A stretch of DNA of 64,000 bases. Source: an uncultured Actinomycetes bacterium. GTDB taxonomy: Bacteria; Actinomycetota; Acidimicrobiia; Acidimicrobiales; Ilumatobacteraceae. Location: NCBI GenBank assembly GCA_963847945.1, contig CAWKBX010000009.1, positions 583,915-647,914 on the forward strand. The letters run 5' to 3'. Below, piece after piece: positions 29,796 through 38,458 of this stretch. Under the pieces are notes generated by a model. The model had not been told where the DNA came from, did not search any database, and saw only the letters and a program-made list of their open reading frames with translations. Position 1 is the first letter of the stretch; every line of letters starts with the position of its first letter. The position numbers were made by a program, and so were the translations under genes.

Positions 29796-29827
29796 CGACC
29801 GTAGCGCAGTACTAACCTGCAGTCGCC

Positions 29828-30379
29828 GTGCGAGTACCCAGAACCTTTGCCTTTGTGGACCTTTCGGGGTTTACCAACTACACCGCGGCCTTCGGCGACG
29901 ACGCCGCAGGCCGTTTGTTGGGCGCGTTCCGAGGCTTGGTCCGCGAGATCTCGTCCGAACGCGGCGTGCGCATCGCCAAATGGCTGGGCGATGGGTGCAT
30001 GGTCGTGGCCGTCGAGCAGATCGATGCCCTCGCCTTCGTCCTCGAACTCGACCATCGTTCCACCGACCTGTGCGCCCCGCTCGCCGTGCGTACAGGCATT
30101 GCCAGTGGGTACGCCCTGCTGTTCGACGGCGACGACTACATCGGCTCGGCCGTCAACATGGCGTCGCGGCTCTGCGACGCCGCCCAGCCTCACGAAACGC
30201 TGATGCCGACCATGCAGATCGAGAAGCTTCCCGAAGGGGTCGAGGCGATCACCCACGCTCCGGTCGAGCTGCGCGGCTTCCCCGGCCCGATCGAGGTCAT
30301 GGCCTTGTCGGGCATTCCCGGGCCGACGTACCGCAACGACACCGGCGAACTGTGGACGCGACTGCGGTTCGGCCAGTAG
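29828..30379 (+). CDS. stand-alone class III adenylate/guanylate cyclase catalytic domain protein (183 aa)
   Basis: FAFVDLSGFT (metal-binding Asp), WLGDGCMV, GIASGY, GSAVNMASRL; no sensor or TM domains. Confidence 0.7.
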   Translation: MRVPRTFAFVDLSGFTNYTAAFGDDAAGRLLGAFRGLVREISSERGVRIAKWLGDGCMVVAVEQIDALAFVLELDHRSTDLCAPLAVRTGIASGYALLFDGDDYIGSAVNMASRLCDAAQPHETLMPTMQIEKLPEGVEAITHAPVELRGFPGPIEVMALSGIPGPTYRNDTGELWTRLRFGQ

Positions 30380-30391
30380 CTCCACCCACGA

Positions 30392-31472
30392 ATGACCTCT
30401 CACCCCACCGCCACCGATCAATCACCCATCCCCCCGTTCATCAAGGGCGCGACGATCTCGCTGCGCGCCCCCAACGACGGCCTGGCGAGATTCGAAGAAG
30501 ATGCTGCCCTCCTCGCCTCGGTCGGCATCAGCCGGCTGCGCGTCGGGTTCGACTGGGCGACGTTTCAGCCTCGCCCCGGGGGACTCGACGACGACTGGTG
30601 CGAGTCCCTCGGCACCCTCATCGACGCCGCCTCGGCGGTCGGCATCGGCATCGTCGCCGGACTCAACGACGGACCACTGCCCGGCTGGTTCGTCGACGAC
30701 GGTGGCTTCGGCGATGCCAAGCACGCTGGACGCTGGTGGCCCCGGTGGGTCGAAGCGGTCGCCGAAACCTTCGGTGATCGCCTCGCCGGTTGGGTCCCGA
30801 TGAACCGACCACTGCTACTGGCCAAGCCGTGGGCCGACGACCCCAAGCGCTACGTCGAGGCCTTGACGATCACCGCCGCGGCCTGGCGCGACGCGTGGCG
30901 CATTCTGCCGCGGTGGTCCGCCGGTGGCGACCGACCTCAGCCTGCGCATCGTCCGGGCGGTCGATCAGACCATCCCGGCCGCCGATGACGCCCGGCGCGA
31001 GGACCATCTACGTTGGCGCATGTGGCTGCGAGCCCTGCGCGATGGCGTCGTCGCCTTCCCCGACGGCCCCGAGCGGCGCATCGAGGAGCTCGGCAGCTCG
31101 CTCGATGTGCTGGGCTTCTCGACCACATGCGACATTCCGGTCAACGCTCCGCTCACCACCGAGGGGCTCGAACGTTGGGAACATCGGTTGGGCACGATGT
31201 TGCGACGCCTCGCGGAGGAGGGGCCGGATCGTCCACTCGCTCTGACGTTGAAGGTCGTCCACCCCGACGACGATGATCGGCGCATCATCTTCGAATGGTC
31301 GGCGCGAGCCATCGTCGAAGCTCGCCGTGACGGGATTGCCCTCGATGAGGCCTATCTCGACCCGGCGATCGACCATCGGCCCGGGAGCCGCGAGGGCGGG
31401 GTGCTCGATCGGGATCGCGACCTGAAGGCAAGTTCCTCAGTGTGGTTGGCCAACACGCCCAGCGGTGGCTAA
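30392..31472 (+). CDS. glycoside hydrolase family 1-like TIM-barrel protein; one frameshift near 30935 and a possibly altered acid/base motif (NRP for NEP)
   Basis: RVGFDWATFQPRPG resembles the GH1 RFSISWSRILP signature; WVPMNRP stands where W-x-x-NEP is expected; the gene continues in ORF 30924..31472. Confidence 0.45.
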
Positions 31473-31562
31473 CCCCGACCCGATCATCTAGGCTTGCGAT
31501 CGGCTTAATGCGATAACGTCGGTCAGTGACTGCACGTCGTCAACAGGCAAGGAGGACTGATC

Positions 31563-32438
31563 TTGAAGTGGATCGTACTGATCCTGCTCGTTGCTGCGAT
31601 TGGGGTCGCGGTGTCGGCATGGTTGAAGAGCAGCCGCCAAACGATCGCGGTCACGTCCCCGGTTGAGCGCATCTTCGTGTACCAGAAACGACTTCGGCAG
31701 ACCGCTCCACTCGGGTTTTTCCACGGCCTGGTCGACGATCCGCTGACCGGTCGGGGGCGCACCGACCCCGGCAAGCAGCACCTCAAGATGGGGATCCACT
31801 CGTTCATCCGCCCGGTCATCGCCGTCAAGTGCTCGTCGGGTCAATACGCGATCACATTCTGGTCCGACGATGAGGTGAGTTGGAAGGCCGCCAAGGGGTC
31901 ACACACGCAGGGTCCGATCCCGGTGAAAACGGCCGACCTCATTCCGGCCAAGGTCGCCCTGCGGGCGTCGTATGCGATTATCGACAGCCCTGATCAGCTG
32001 TTGAAGATTCAGATGCCCGAGGCGTTCGCAGAGCGAGCGATCGCCGACGTCCTGGTCGCCACCCGCGAGGCGATCGGGCGGCGCGACAGCCTCGACTACG
32101 CCACGATCGGCCGCGAAGACTTGTCGGGCGAGCTGTTCGCCGACATCGACGCCCGGTTGAAGAAGCGCGGCCTGGTGTTGCGTGACCTGTGGCTCGGCAA
32201 CATCGAGTTCGATCCGGAAGTGCAGCAGGCGATCAAAAATCGCTTCAATGCCATGACCCTGGCCGACATCCCGCGGATCGCCGCTGGCGGTCAAGCTGTT
32301 GCCAACCGAGTGATCGCCGAGAGCGTGTCACCGCAGCTCATCGAGCTGATCCGCGCCGAGCGATCGGGCAACCCGTGGAACTACTGGGTGGCCCACATGG
32401 CCGAACTCGAAGGCAGCCCCAAGTCGCTCCAACGCTGA
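31563..32438 (+). CDS. SPFH/band-7 (stomatin/prohibitin-like) domain membrane protein
   Basis: N-terminal TM (MKWIVLILLVAAIGVAVSAWL) followed by an SPFH-like core. Confidence 0.65.
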   Translation: MKWIVLILLVAAIGVAVSAWLKSSRQTIAVTSPVERIFVYQKRLRQTAPLGFFHGLVDDPLTGRGRTDPGKQHLKMGIHSFIRPVIAVKCSSGQYAITFWSDDEVSWKAAKGSHTQGPIPVKTADLIPAKVALRASYAIIDSPDQLLKIQMPEAFAERAIADVLVATREAIGRRDSLDYATIGREDLSGELFADIDARLKKRGLVLRDLWLGNIEFDPEVQQAIKNRFNAMTLADIPRIAAGGQAVANRVIAESVSPQLIELIRAERSGNPWNYWVAHMAELEGSPKSLQR

Positions 32439-32545
32439 CAAATCGCTGGCAAATCGGGTCTCTTCCCCGATTTGCCAGCTGTCGTTGTCGTCGATCGTTG
32501 TCGGGAGTCCACGGGCGGAGCCCCCCGTGTCAGGGCCCCGTGTGA

Positions 32546-33986
32546 CTACGCCTTGGCGTGGTAGCCGAGGATCGCCTTGGCCTCGAGGAACTCCATGAGC
32601 CCGTGCTTGCCGAACTCGCGGCCGTTGCCCGACTGCTTGTAGCCGCCGAACAGTGGCGTTCGAGTCGGTGCCGGCACCGTTGAGGTGCACGTTGCCCGAC
32701 CGCATGCGGCGAGCCACCGCGCGGGCCCGGTCGGCGTCGGTCGACGAGACGTAGCCGGCCAGGCCGTAGACGGTGTCGTTGGCGATGCGCACGGCGTCGT
32801 CCTCATCGTCGTAGCCGATGATCGACAGCACCGGGCCGAAGATCTCTTCGCGGGCGATCGTCATGTCGTTGGTGACGTTGGCGAACACCGTCGGCTTGAC
32901 GTAGAAGCCGGCTGTCGAGCCCGTCGGGACGGCCGGGGCCACCGGCGACGAGCGTGGCGCCCTCGTCGATGCCGGTCTGGATGAGCCGCTGGATCTTGTC
33001 GAACTGCAGCCTCGGACGCGACCGGGCCGATGACGGTGCCCTCGGCGTTCGGGGTCGCCGACGGCGATCTTGTCGGCGGCGGCCCCGGCGATCGCGGCGG
33101 CCTCGTCCATCCGGTCGTGGCGGCACCAGCATGCGGGTTCCGGCGTTGCACGACTGGCCCGAGTTGACGCACATCGGCCGACGTCACGGGCGACCACCGC
33201 TGCGAAGTCGACGTCGTCGAGGATGATGTTGGCCGACTTGCCACCGAGTTCCTGCGCGACACGCTTGACGGTCGGGGCGGCGTTGCGGGCAACTTCGATC
33301 CCGGCGCGGGTCGAGCCGGTGAACGAGACCATGTCGACGTCGGGATGCGACGACAGCGCCGCACCGACGGTCGGGCCGTCGCCGTTGACCAGGTTGAACA
33401 CGCCGGCCGGCACGCCGGCCTCGTGCATCACTTCGGCGAAAACGATGGCGTTGAGCGGCGCGACTCTCCGACGGCTTGAGCACCATCGTGCAGCCGGCCG
33501 CGAGCGCCGGGGCGACCTTGGCGGCGATCTGGTTGAGCGGCCAGTTCCACGGCGTGATGAACGCGCAGACCCCGATCGGCTCGTACTCGATGCGGCTGGT
33601 GCCGACGTCTTCGGCGAACTCGAACGCCTCGAGCGCCTTGGCCGTCGCCATGAAGTGGCCGATGCCCGACGGGGCCTGGGCCCGGTTGGCCAGCGAACGT
33701 CGGCGCGCCCATCTCGCAGCTGACCGCGGCGGCGATGTCGCCCATGCGCGCCTTGTAGACCTCGATGATCCGGCCGAGCAGGGCGAGGCGATCTTCACGC
33801 GTCGTCTGCGAGAAGGTGTCGAACGCAGCCTTCGCGGCGGCGACGGCGGCGTCGACATCGGCCTGGTTACCCAGGGCGATGGTGCCGACGACCTGCTCGG
33901 TTGCCGGGTTGACGACGTCGAGCGTGGCGCCGGACGACGGGCTCGACCCACTGGCCGTTGATGTAGAACTTCTGGGCGTTGTCCAT
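32546..33986 (-). pseudogene. NAD(P)-dependent aldehyde dehydrogenase, at least 7 frameshifts
   Basis: A full-length ALDH can be read only by hopping frames (ORFs 33428..34030, 32861..33364, 32803..33174, 32546..32806 and others). Motifs are conserved across the shifts: [52 protein letters not shown]. Confidence 0.85.
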
Positions 33987-34040
33987 GCCCGCAGACTACG
34001 CGCCGGTTCCGGCCGATCCGCACGTGGCACAGGCCCGAGG

Positions 34041-35459
34041 TCAGCTCCGGCTGCGGTATGCCGCCCGGGCGCCGGAGGAATCCTTGTTCAGCCGCTTCGA
34101 CAGGTGCAGCCCCTCGAGGATGAACTCGACGGCGGCAGCAACGGCGGCCGGGGACTCGTCACCGGCGGTCAAGCCGACGACTGCGGGACGCAGGGCCGGG
34201 ATCTGCTCGATGAGCCGGGCGGCGTCGACCGACGAGACGTCTTCGCCGGTGTGGGCGACGATGCCTTCCTCGAACGAGGTGACCACGTCACGAATACCCT
34301 CGGTCGCTACAACATCGCGATAGACGGTGAGGACCGCGCCGCGCAGCATGTTCTCGATGATCGAACCCTCACGGCCGTCTTCCAGCGACTCGATCTCGAC
34401 CTTGCCCGAGGTCGATGCGGGTAGGGCATTGAGATCGGAGATCCGCGGGACGACCTCGCTCTCGCCCGCCCGCAGACCGCGGCGAACGGCGTTGGCGCAG
34501 AGCACCTCGATATTGCTGACCGACAACCGCACCGACACGCCGCTGCGCTGATTGACCTGGCTGCTGGCGCGGGCCATGTGCGAGAAGGTGGCGACGATGC
34601 GCTCCATGTACTCGGGAACGTGGACCTGCACGTTGCCGATGCTCGCCGGACGAGCCTCCTGGCGCATGATCGCGATCTCGGTCGACACGTCGAGCGGATA
34701 GTGGGTGCGGATCTGACTGCCGAAACGATCCTTCAACGGAGTGATGATCCGACCGCGGTTGGTGTAGTCCTCGGGGTTGGCCGAAGCCATCAGCAGCACA
34801 TCGAGCGGCAGCCGGATCTTGTAGCCGCGGATCTGCACGTCGCGCTCCTCGAGCACGTTGAGCAGACCAACCTGGATGCGTTCGGCCAGGTCAGGGATCT
34901 CGTTGATAGCGAAGATGCCGCGGTTGGTGCGGGGTACCAGGCCGTAGTGCAACGTCAGTTCGTCGCTCAGGTAGCGACCCTCGGCGACCTTGATCGGGTC
35001 GACCTCGCCGATCAGGTCGGCGATCGAGGTGTCGGGGGTGGCCAGCTTCTCGCCGAAGCGCTCGTCGCGATGCACCCAGGAGATCGGGGTGTCGTCACCG
35101 TTGTCGGCGACCAGCGCCTTGGCATGGCTCGAAACCGGATTGTATGGGTCGTCGTTGATCTCGCTACCGGCGACGATGGGCATCCATTCGTCGAGCAGGC
35201 CAGTGAGGGAGCGGATCATGCGGGTCTTGGCCTGGCCGCGTTCGCCGAGGAAGATCACGTCGTGACCGGCGAGGATCGCGTTCTCGAGTTGTGGCATGAC
35301 GGTGTCTTCGTAGCCGAGCACGCCCTCGAACAGCGGGTGCCCGGCGGCGATGCGAACGACCGCGTTGCGACGGAGTTCTTCCTTGACGGGCACCGATTGC
35401 CAACCAGATGCACGTAGCGCACCGAGGGTGTTCGGACGGGACTGGTCAGCTTCGGCCAT
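34041..35459 (-). CDS. ChlI/BchI-MoxR-like AAA+ ATPase (Rv0958-like, putative Mg-chelatase-type)
   Basis: Walker [11 protein letters not shown], Walker B/sensor [11 protein letters not shown], arginine finger region [10 protein letters not shown]; 472 aa. Confidence 0.85.
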   Translation of the reverse strand: MAEADQSRPNTLGALRASGWQSVPVKEELRRNAVVRIAAGHPLFEGVLGYEDTVMPQLENAILAGHDVIFLGERGQAKTRMIRSLTGLLDEWMPIVAGSEINDDPYNPVSSHAKALVADNGDDTPISWVHRDERFGEKLATPDTSIADLIGEVDPIKVAEGRYLSDELTLHYGLVPRTNRGIFAINEIPDLAERIQVGLLNVLEERDVQIRGYKIRLPLDVLLMASANPEDYTNRGRIITPLKDRFGSQIRTHYPLDVSTEIAIMRQEARPASIGNVQVHVPEYMERIVATFSHMARASSQVNQRSGVSVRLSVSNIEVLCANAVRRGLRAGESEVVPRISDLNALPASTSGKVEIESLEDGREGSIIENMLRGAVLTVYRDVVATEGIRDVVTSFEEGIVAHTGEDVSSVDAARLIEQIPALRPAVVGLTAGDESPAAVAAAVEFILEGLHLSKRLNKDSSGARAAYRSRS

Positions 35460-36350
35460 GTGCCGACCATATCCCGAGCGGGTACTGTTCTGCCTACCGA
35501 CACCCCTCTAGATCCGGAGTCCTTCGTGCCGATCGCCCAGCGACCCGTTCTGCCGACCTCTGTCGTCGACGACTTCCAGCAAGACGGAGCGGTGCTCTTG
35601 CGCGGCGTACTCGCCGACGAGTGGCTGGAGAAGCTGTCCACTGGAGTGGAGTACAACCGAACGAACCCGAGCCAGTACGGCTACGGCTACACCAAGCCCG
35701 GATCGTCGGTTGGGTTCTGGGCGGACTATGTGACCTGGCAGAACGTGCCGGAGTACCGAGACATCGCCTTCAACAGTGGCCTCGCCGCCCACGCCCGGCA
35801 GTTGATGGGTTCGACGACCAGCCGGTTCTTCCACGAGCACGTACTAGTCAAGGAAGCCGCGACCGCGGAGCGGACGCCGTGGCATCACGATCAGCCGTAC
35901 TACTGCGTGAACGGCGACCAGAACGTCAGCATGTGGGCTCCGCTCGACACCGTTCCGGCTCACTCAGGGATGCGGTTGATCGCCGGTTCGCACCGCTGGA
36001 ACCGGTGGTTCATCCCCCGCAAGTTCATCGATCACACGCCGTACGCCCAGCCGAGCGAGCACTACGAACTGATCCCCGACATCGATGCGATGATCGCGGA
36101 CGACCCATCGCTGCGGGTGCTCTCGTTCGATGTCGAACCGGGTGACGTGGTCGCCTTCCACTACCGCACCCTCCACGATGCTGCGGGGACGACCGAGTTG
36201 GACGGCGGTCGGCGGGTCGTCAGCCTGCGGTGGATCGGCGACGACGCCACCTTCGGTCTACGGCCGTGGCTGCACTCCCCGCCCTTCGAGCAGGCCGACC
36301 TCGAACTCGGCGGCCCCCTCGACGACGACCGCTTCCCCCTGGTCGACTAA
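35460..36350 (+). CDS. phytanoyl-CoA dioxygenase (PhyH) family Fe(II)/2OG oxygenase
   Basis: HHDQPYY (H-x-D), a distal His (FHYRTLHDA) and a double-stranded beta-helix core. The start codon is uncertain: no ATG, so a GTG or TTG within the first ~30 nt. Confidence 0.7.
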   Translation: MPTISRAGTVLPTDTPLDPESFVPIAQRPVLPTSVVDDFQQDGAVLLRGVLADEWLEKLSTGVEYNRTNPSQYGYGYTKPGSSVGFWADYVTWQNVPEYRDIAFNSGLAAHARQLMGSTTSRFFHEHVLVKEAATAERTPWHHDQPYYCVNGDQNVSMWAPLDTVPAHSGMRLIAGSHRWNRWFIPRKFIDHTPYAQPSEHYELIPDIDAMIADDPSLRVLSFDVEPGDVVAFHYRTLHDAAGTTELDGGRRVVSLRWIGDDATFGLRPWLHSPPFEQADLELGGPLDDDRFPLVD

Positions 36351-36359
36351 CCCAACCTG

Positions 36360-36957
36360 CACCACTCCGACTCGACCGACCCCCCGGACTTCAGCCCGGC
36401 AACTCGTCTCGCGCCACCACCGGACGCCACTTTGGAGCACAATCACGCTCCCAGCGTGACCGCACTCCCCGAAACCCGAAACCCGAGCCCCCGCGGCTGG
36501 GCGGGGCGGCGACTTGGCACTGGGCGATCTCGGATATGGTCCCAGGCGTGCAGCGGCGTGACCTCGAGAATGGACTGCCAGCCCCCACCGGGGGTTGGCG
36601 AGCCTGCCCCGGGGCTCCCCCGGGGTGTCAAGTGTTGCTTGAGCATTCCATCGCCGGCGCGAGACGGTGCTGGCGCACCGCACCACGCCCGCACGGCCAG
36701 TACAGTCGAGGCGCGTCGCTGCACCCATGAATCGGCGGGATCAGATCATCACCCAGGCGGTCGCCGGAGCGTTTCTCGCCGGCGAGTGGGAGCCACGGCT
36801 GATGGTTCGCCGTGCCGGCCGAGCGCTGGGCGATCGCCGGACCACCTGGTTGACGCCGCTCGCCACGTTGGTCGTCCACGCCTTTCCCATTGCCCCTCAC
36901 GACGCTCCTCGCGAGTTGGGTGCCGTCATCTGGGCGAGTGGAATCATCCAGGAACAA
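36360..36957 (+). ncRNA. candidate retron msr/msd-type non-coding RNA region upstream of the RT (boundaries not determined)
   Basis: About 600 nt without a convincing CDS, carrying several G-rich hairpins (ccccc-acc-ggggg at 36581-36593, ccccggggctcccccgggg, tcaag-tgttg-cttga at 36629-36645, ctggc..gccag at 36669-36700) and a short tandem gaaacccgaaacccga. Position and orientation match a retron ncRNA; a1/a2 repeats could not be assigned by eye. Confidence 0.25.
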
Positions 36958-38082
36958 ATGCGCGCCGACACGATGGCGCTCCGACCGCAGTGGCGAATCC
37001 ACCCCGCTACGGCACCGATTCGAATGAGAGCGACGCCCTGGCCCGTTGCCGAGATCGACTCGCTCGGTGACTTGGCCGAGCATCTCGGGCTCTCCACCGG
37101 GCGCCTCCGGTGGTTCGCTGACGTCCGATCGTGGGAGCGGGCTGTCGGTGTCGAGCCTCTGCGGCAGTACCGCTACCGGTGGCTGCCGTCGTCGAGCGGC
37201 TTTCGGCTGATCGAGGCGCCCAAGGGCACGTTGCGACACATCCAACGAGTGTTGCTCCGCACCATCCTCAACCATGTACCCATCCACGATGCCGCCCACG
37301 GGTTCCATGTCGGCCGATCGATCCACGGCTTCGTCGCCCCACACGTGGGCGCACCGGTGCTGATCAAGGCCGACCTGCGGGCGTTCTTCACCTCGATCAC
37401 GGCCGGACGCGTCTTCGGCCTGTGGCGGCGGATGGGCTACGCGGAGCCGGTCGCCCACGTCTTGACCGGGCTGACCACGAACGCAGTCCCCTCGTCGGTT
37501 CTGCGTCGATCGCCCGCCGCCGATCACCACCTCGCCGCGCTCCTTCGTGGCCCGCACCTCCCGCAGGGAGCCCCGACGTCACCCGCCTTGGCCAATCTGC
37601 TGGCATTTCACCTCGACGTGAGACTCGATGCGATGGCGCGGTCGTTCGGGGCGAACTACACGCGCTATGCCGACGACCTCGCCTTCTCGGGGGCCGCGAC
37701 GCTGGAAAAACGACAGCTCGCCCTGCTGCGGCTGGCCGAGGAGATCGTGCGCGACGAGGGTTTCCGGCTCAACCCGCTCAAGACCGCGGTCGCCGGCCCC
37801 GCACAGCGACATCGACTTGCCGGCATCGTCGTCAACGCTCGACCGAACATCGATCGACGAGAATACGACCAGCTCAAGGCCGAGTTACACGATGCCGTCA
37901 CCAACGGACCGGTCGTCGCCAACCGGCGCGACAACCCGCATTTTCGCGACCACCTGCTCGGCCGCATCGGCTGGGTTGCCGAGCTCAATCCGCCACGGGC
38001 CGAACGACTGGAGGCGATGTTCGACCGCATCACATGGGATACGACGGGAAAACGACGACGGCGTGAGTGTGTGACGCCGTGA
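36958..38082 (+). CDS. retron-type reverse transcriptase
   Basis: Collinear with Ec86-type retron RT: WPVAEIDSLGDLAEHLGLSTGRLRWF; SGFRLIEAPKGTLRHIQRVLLRTIL; VAPHVGA (NAxxH-like); DLRAFFTSI; LPQGAPTSPALANL; YTRYADDLAFS; GFRLNPLKT; HRLAGIVVN (VTG-like). No maturase or endonuclease domains. The start is taken at ATG 36958 (aGGAAcaaATG); the ORF is open back to 36667. Confidence 0.85.
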   Translation: MRADTMALRPQWRIHPATAPIRMRATPWPVAEIDSLGDLAEHLGLSTGRLRWFADVRSWERAVGVEPLRQYRYRWLPSSSGFRLIEAPKGTLRHIQRVLLRTILNHVPIHDAAHGFHVGRSIHGFVAPHVGAPVLIKADLRAFFTSITAGRVFGLWRRMGYAEPVAHVLTGLTTNAVPSSVLRRSPAADHHLAALLRGPHLPQGAPTSPALANLLAFHLDVRLDAMARSFGANYTRYADDLAFSGAATLEKRQLALLRLAEEIVRDEGFRLNPLKTAVAGPAQRHRLAGIVVNARPNIDRREYDQLKAELHDAVTNGPVVANRRDNPHFRDHLLGRIGWVAELNPPRAERLEAMFDRITWDTTGKRRRRECVTP

Positions 38083-38100
38083 GGCAATCGCACACTCACG
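38078..38100. terminator. hairpin between the convergent RT and rpsJ genes (gtgag..ctcac stem)
   Basis: cgtgag-gcaatcgcaca-ctcacg lies in the 44-nt gap between the two stop codons. Confidence 0.35.
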
Positions 38101-38126
38101 CCGACGCGTGAATCAGTGAACCGAAA

Positions 38127-38441
38127 TCAGGCGGACTGAATCTTGATTTCGATGTCGACGCCGGCCGGCAGCTCGATGCGCTGCAGGCTGTCGATGGTCT
38201 TCGGGTTCGGATCGACAATGTCGATCAGGCGCTTGTGAATGCGCATCTCGAAGTGCTCACGGCTGTCCTTGTCCTTGTGCGGCGACCGGATGACCGTATA
38301 ACGGTGCTTGTCGGTCGGCAGCGGGATGGGACCGCGCACCTTGGCGTTGGTACGGGTGACCGTCTCGACGATTTTCTTCGTCGACTGGTCGATGATTTCG
38401 TGATCAAACGCCTTGAGGCGAATACGGATGCTCTGGGCCAT
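38127..38441 (-). CDS. rpsJ: 30S ribosomal protein S10
   Basis: [14 protein letters not shown]...RGPIPLPT...[16 protein letters not shown] is canonical S10. Confidence 0.95.
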   Translation of the reverse strand: MAQSIRIRLKAFDHEIIDQSTKKIVETVTRTNAKVRGPIPLPTDKHRYTVIRSPHKDKDSREHFEMRIHKRLIDIVDPNPKTIDSLQRIELPAGVDIEIKIQSA

Positions 38442-38458
38442 GTTGTTGTATCAGCCGA

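Noticed and set aside
28428-29804. 458-aa plus-strand ORF antisense to the vWA gene (also 3068..4081, 22452..23615, 51485..53752, 59061..60137 and many other long antisense ORFs)
   Set aside because: Typical stop-codon-poor antisense frames of a ~70% GC genome. The translations are Arg/Gly/His/Pro-rich with no domain signatures and overlap well-supported genes.
36471-36486. short tandem gaaacccgaaacccga and the nearby G/C hairpins considered as a CRISPR array or terminator cluster
   Set aside because: Only 2 units of 7 nt with no spacers. No CRISPR-like repeat-spacer periodicity anywhere in the window. Kept instead as part of the candidate retron ncRNA leader.
36667-36957. 97-codon N-terminal extension of the retron-type RT ORF
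   Set aside because: Retron RTs of this class start about 15-30 aa before the WPV/LSxxxLR region. The extension has no recognisable fold and overlaps the most structured part of the leader. An SD-like aGGAAc precedes the ATG at 36958. It cannot be fully excluded.
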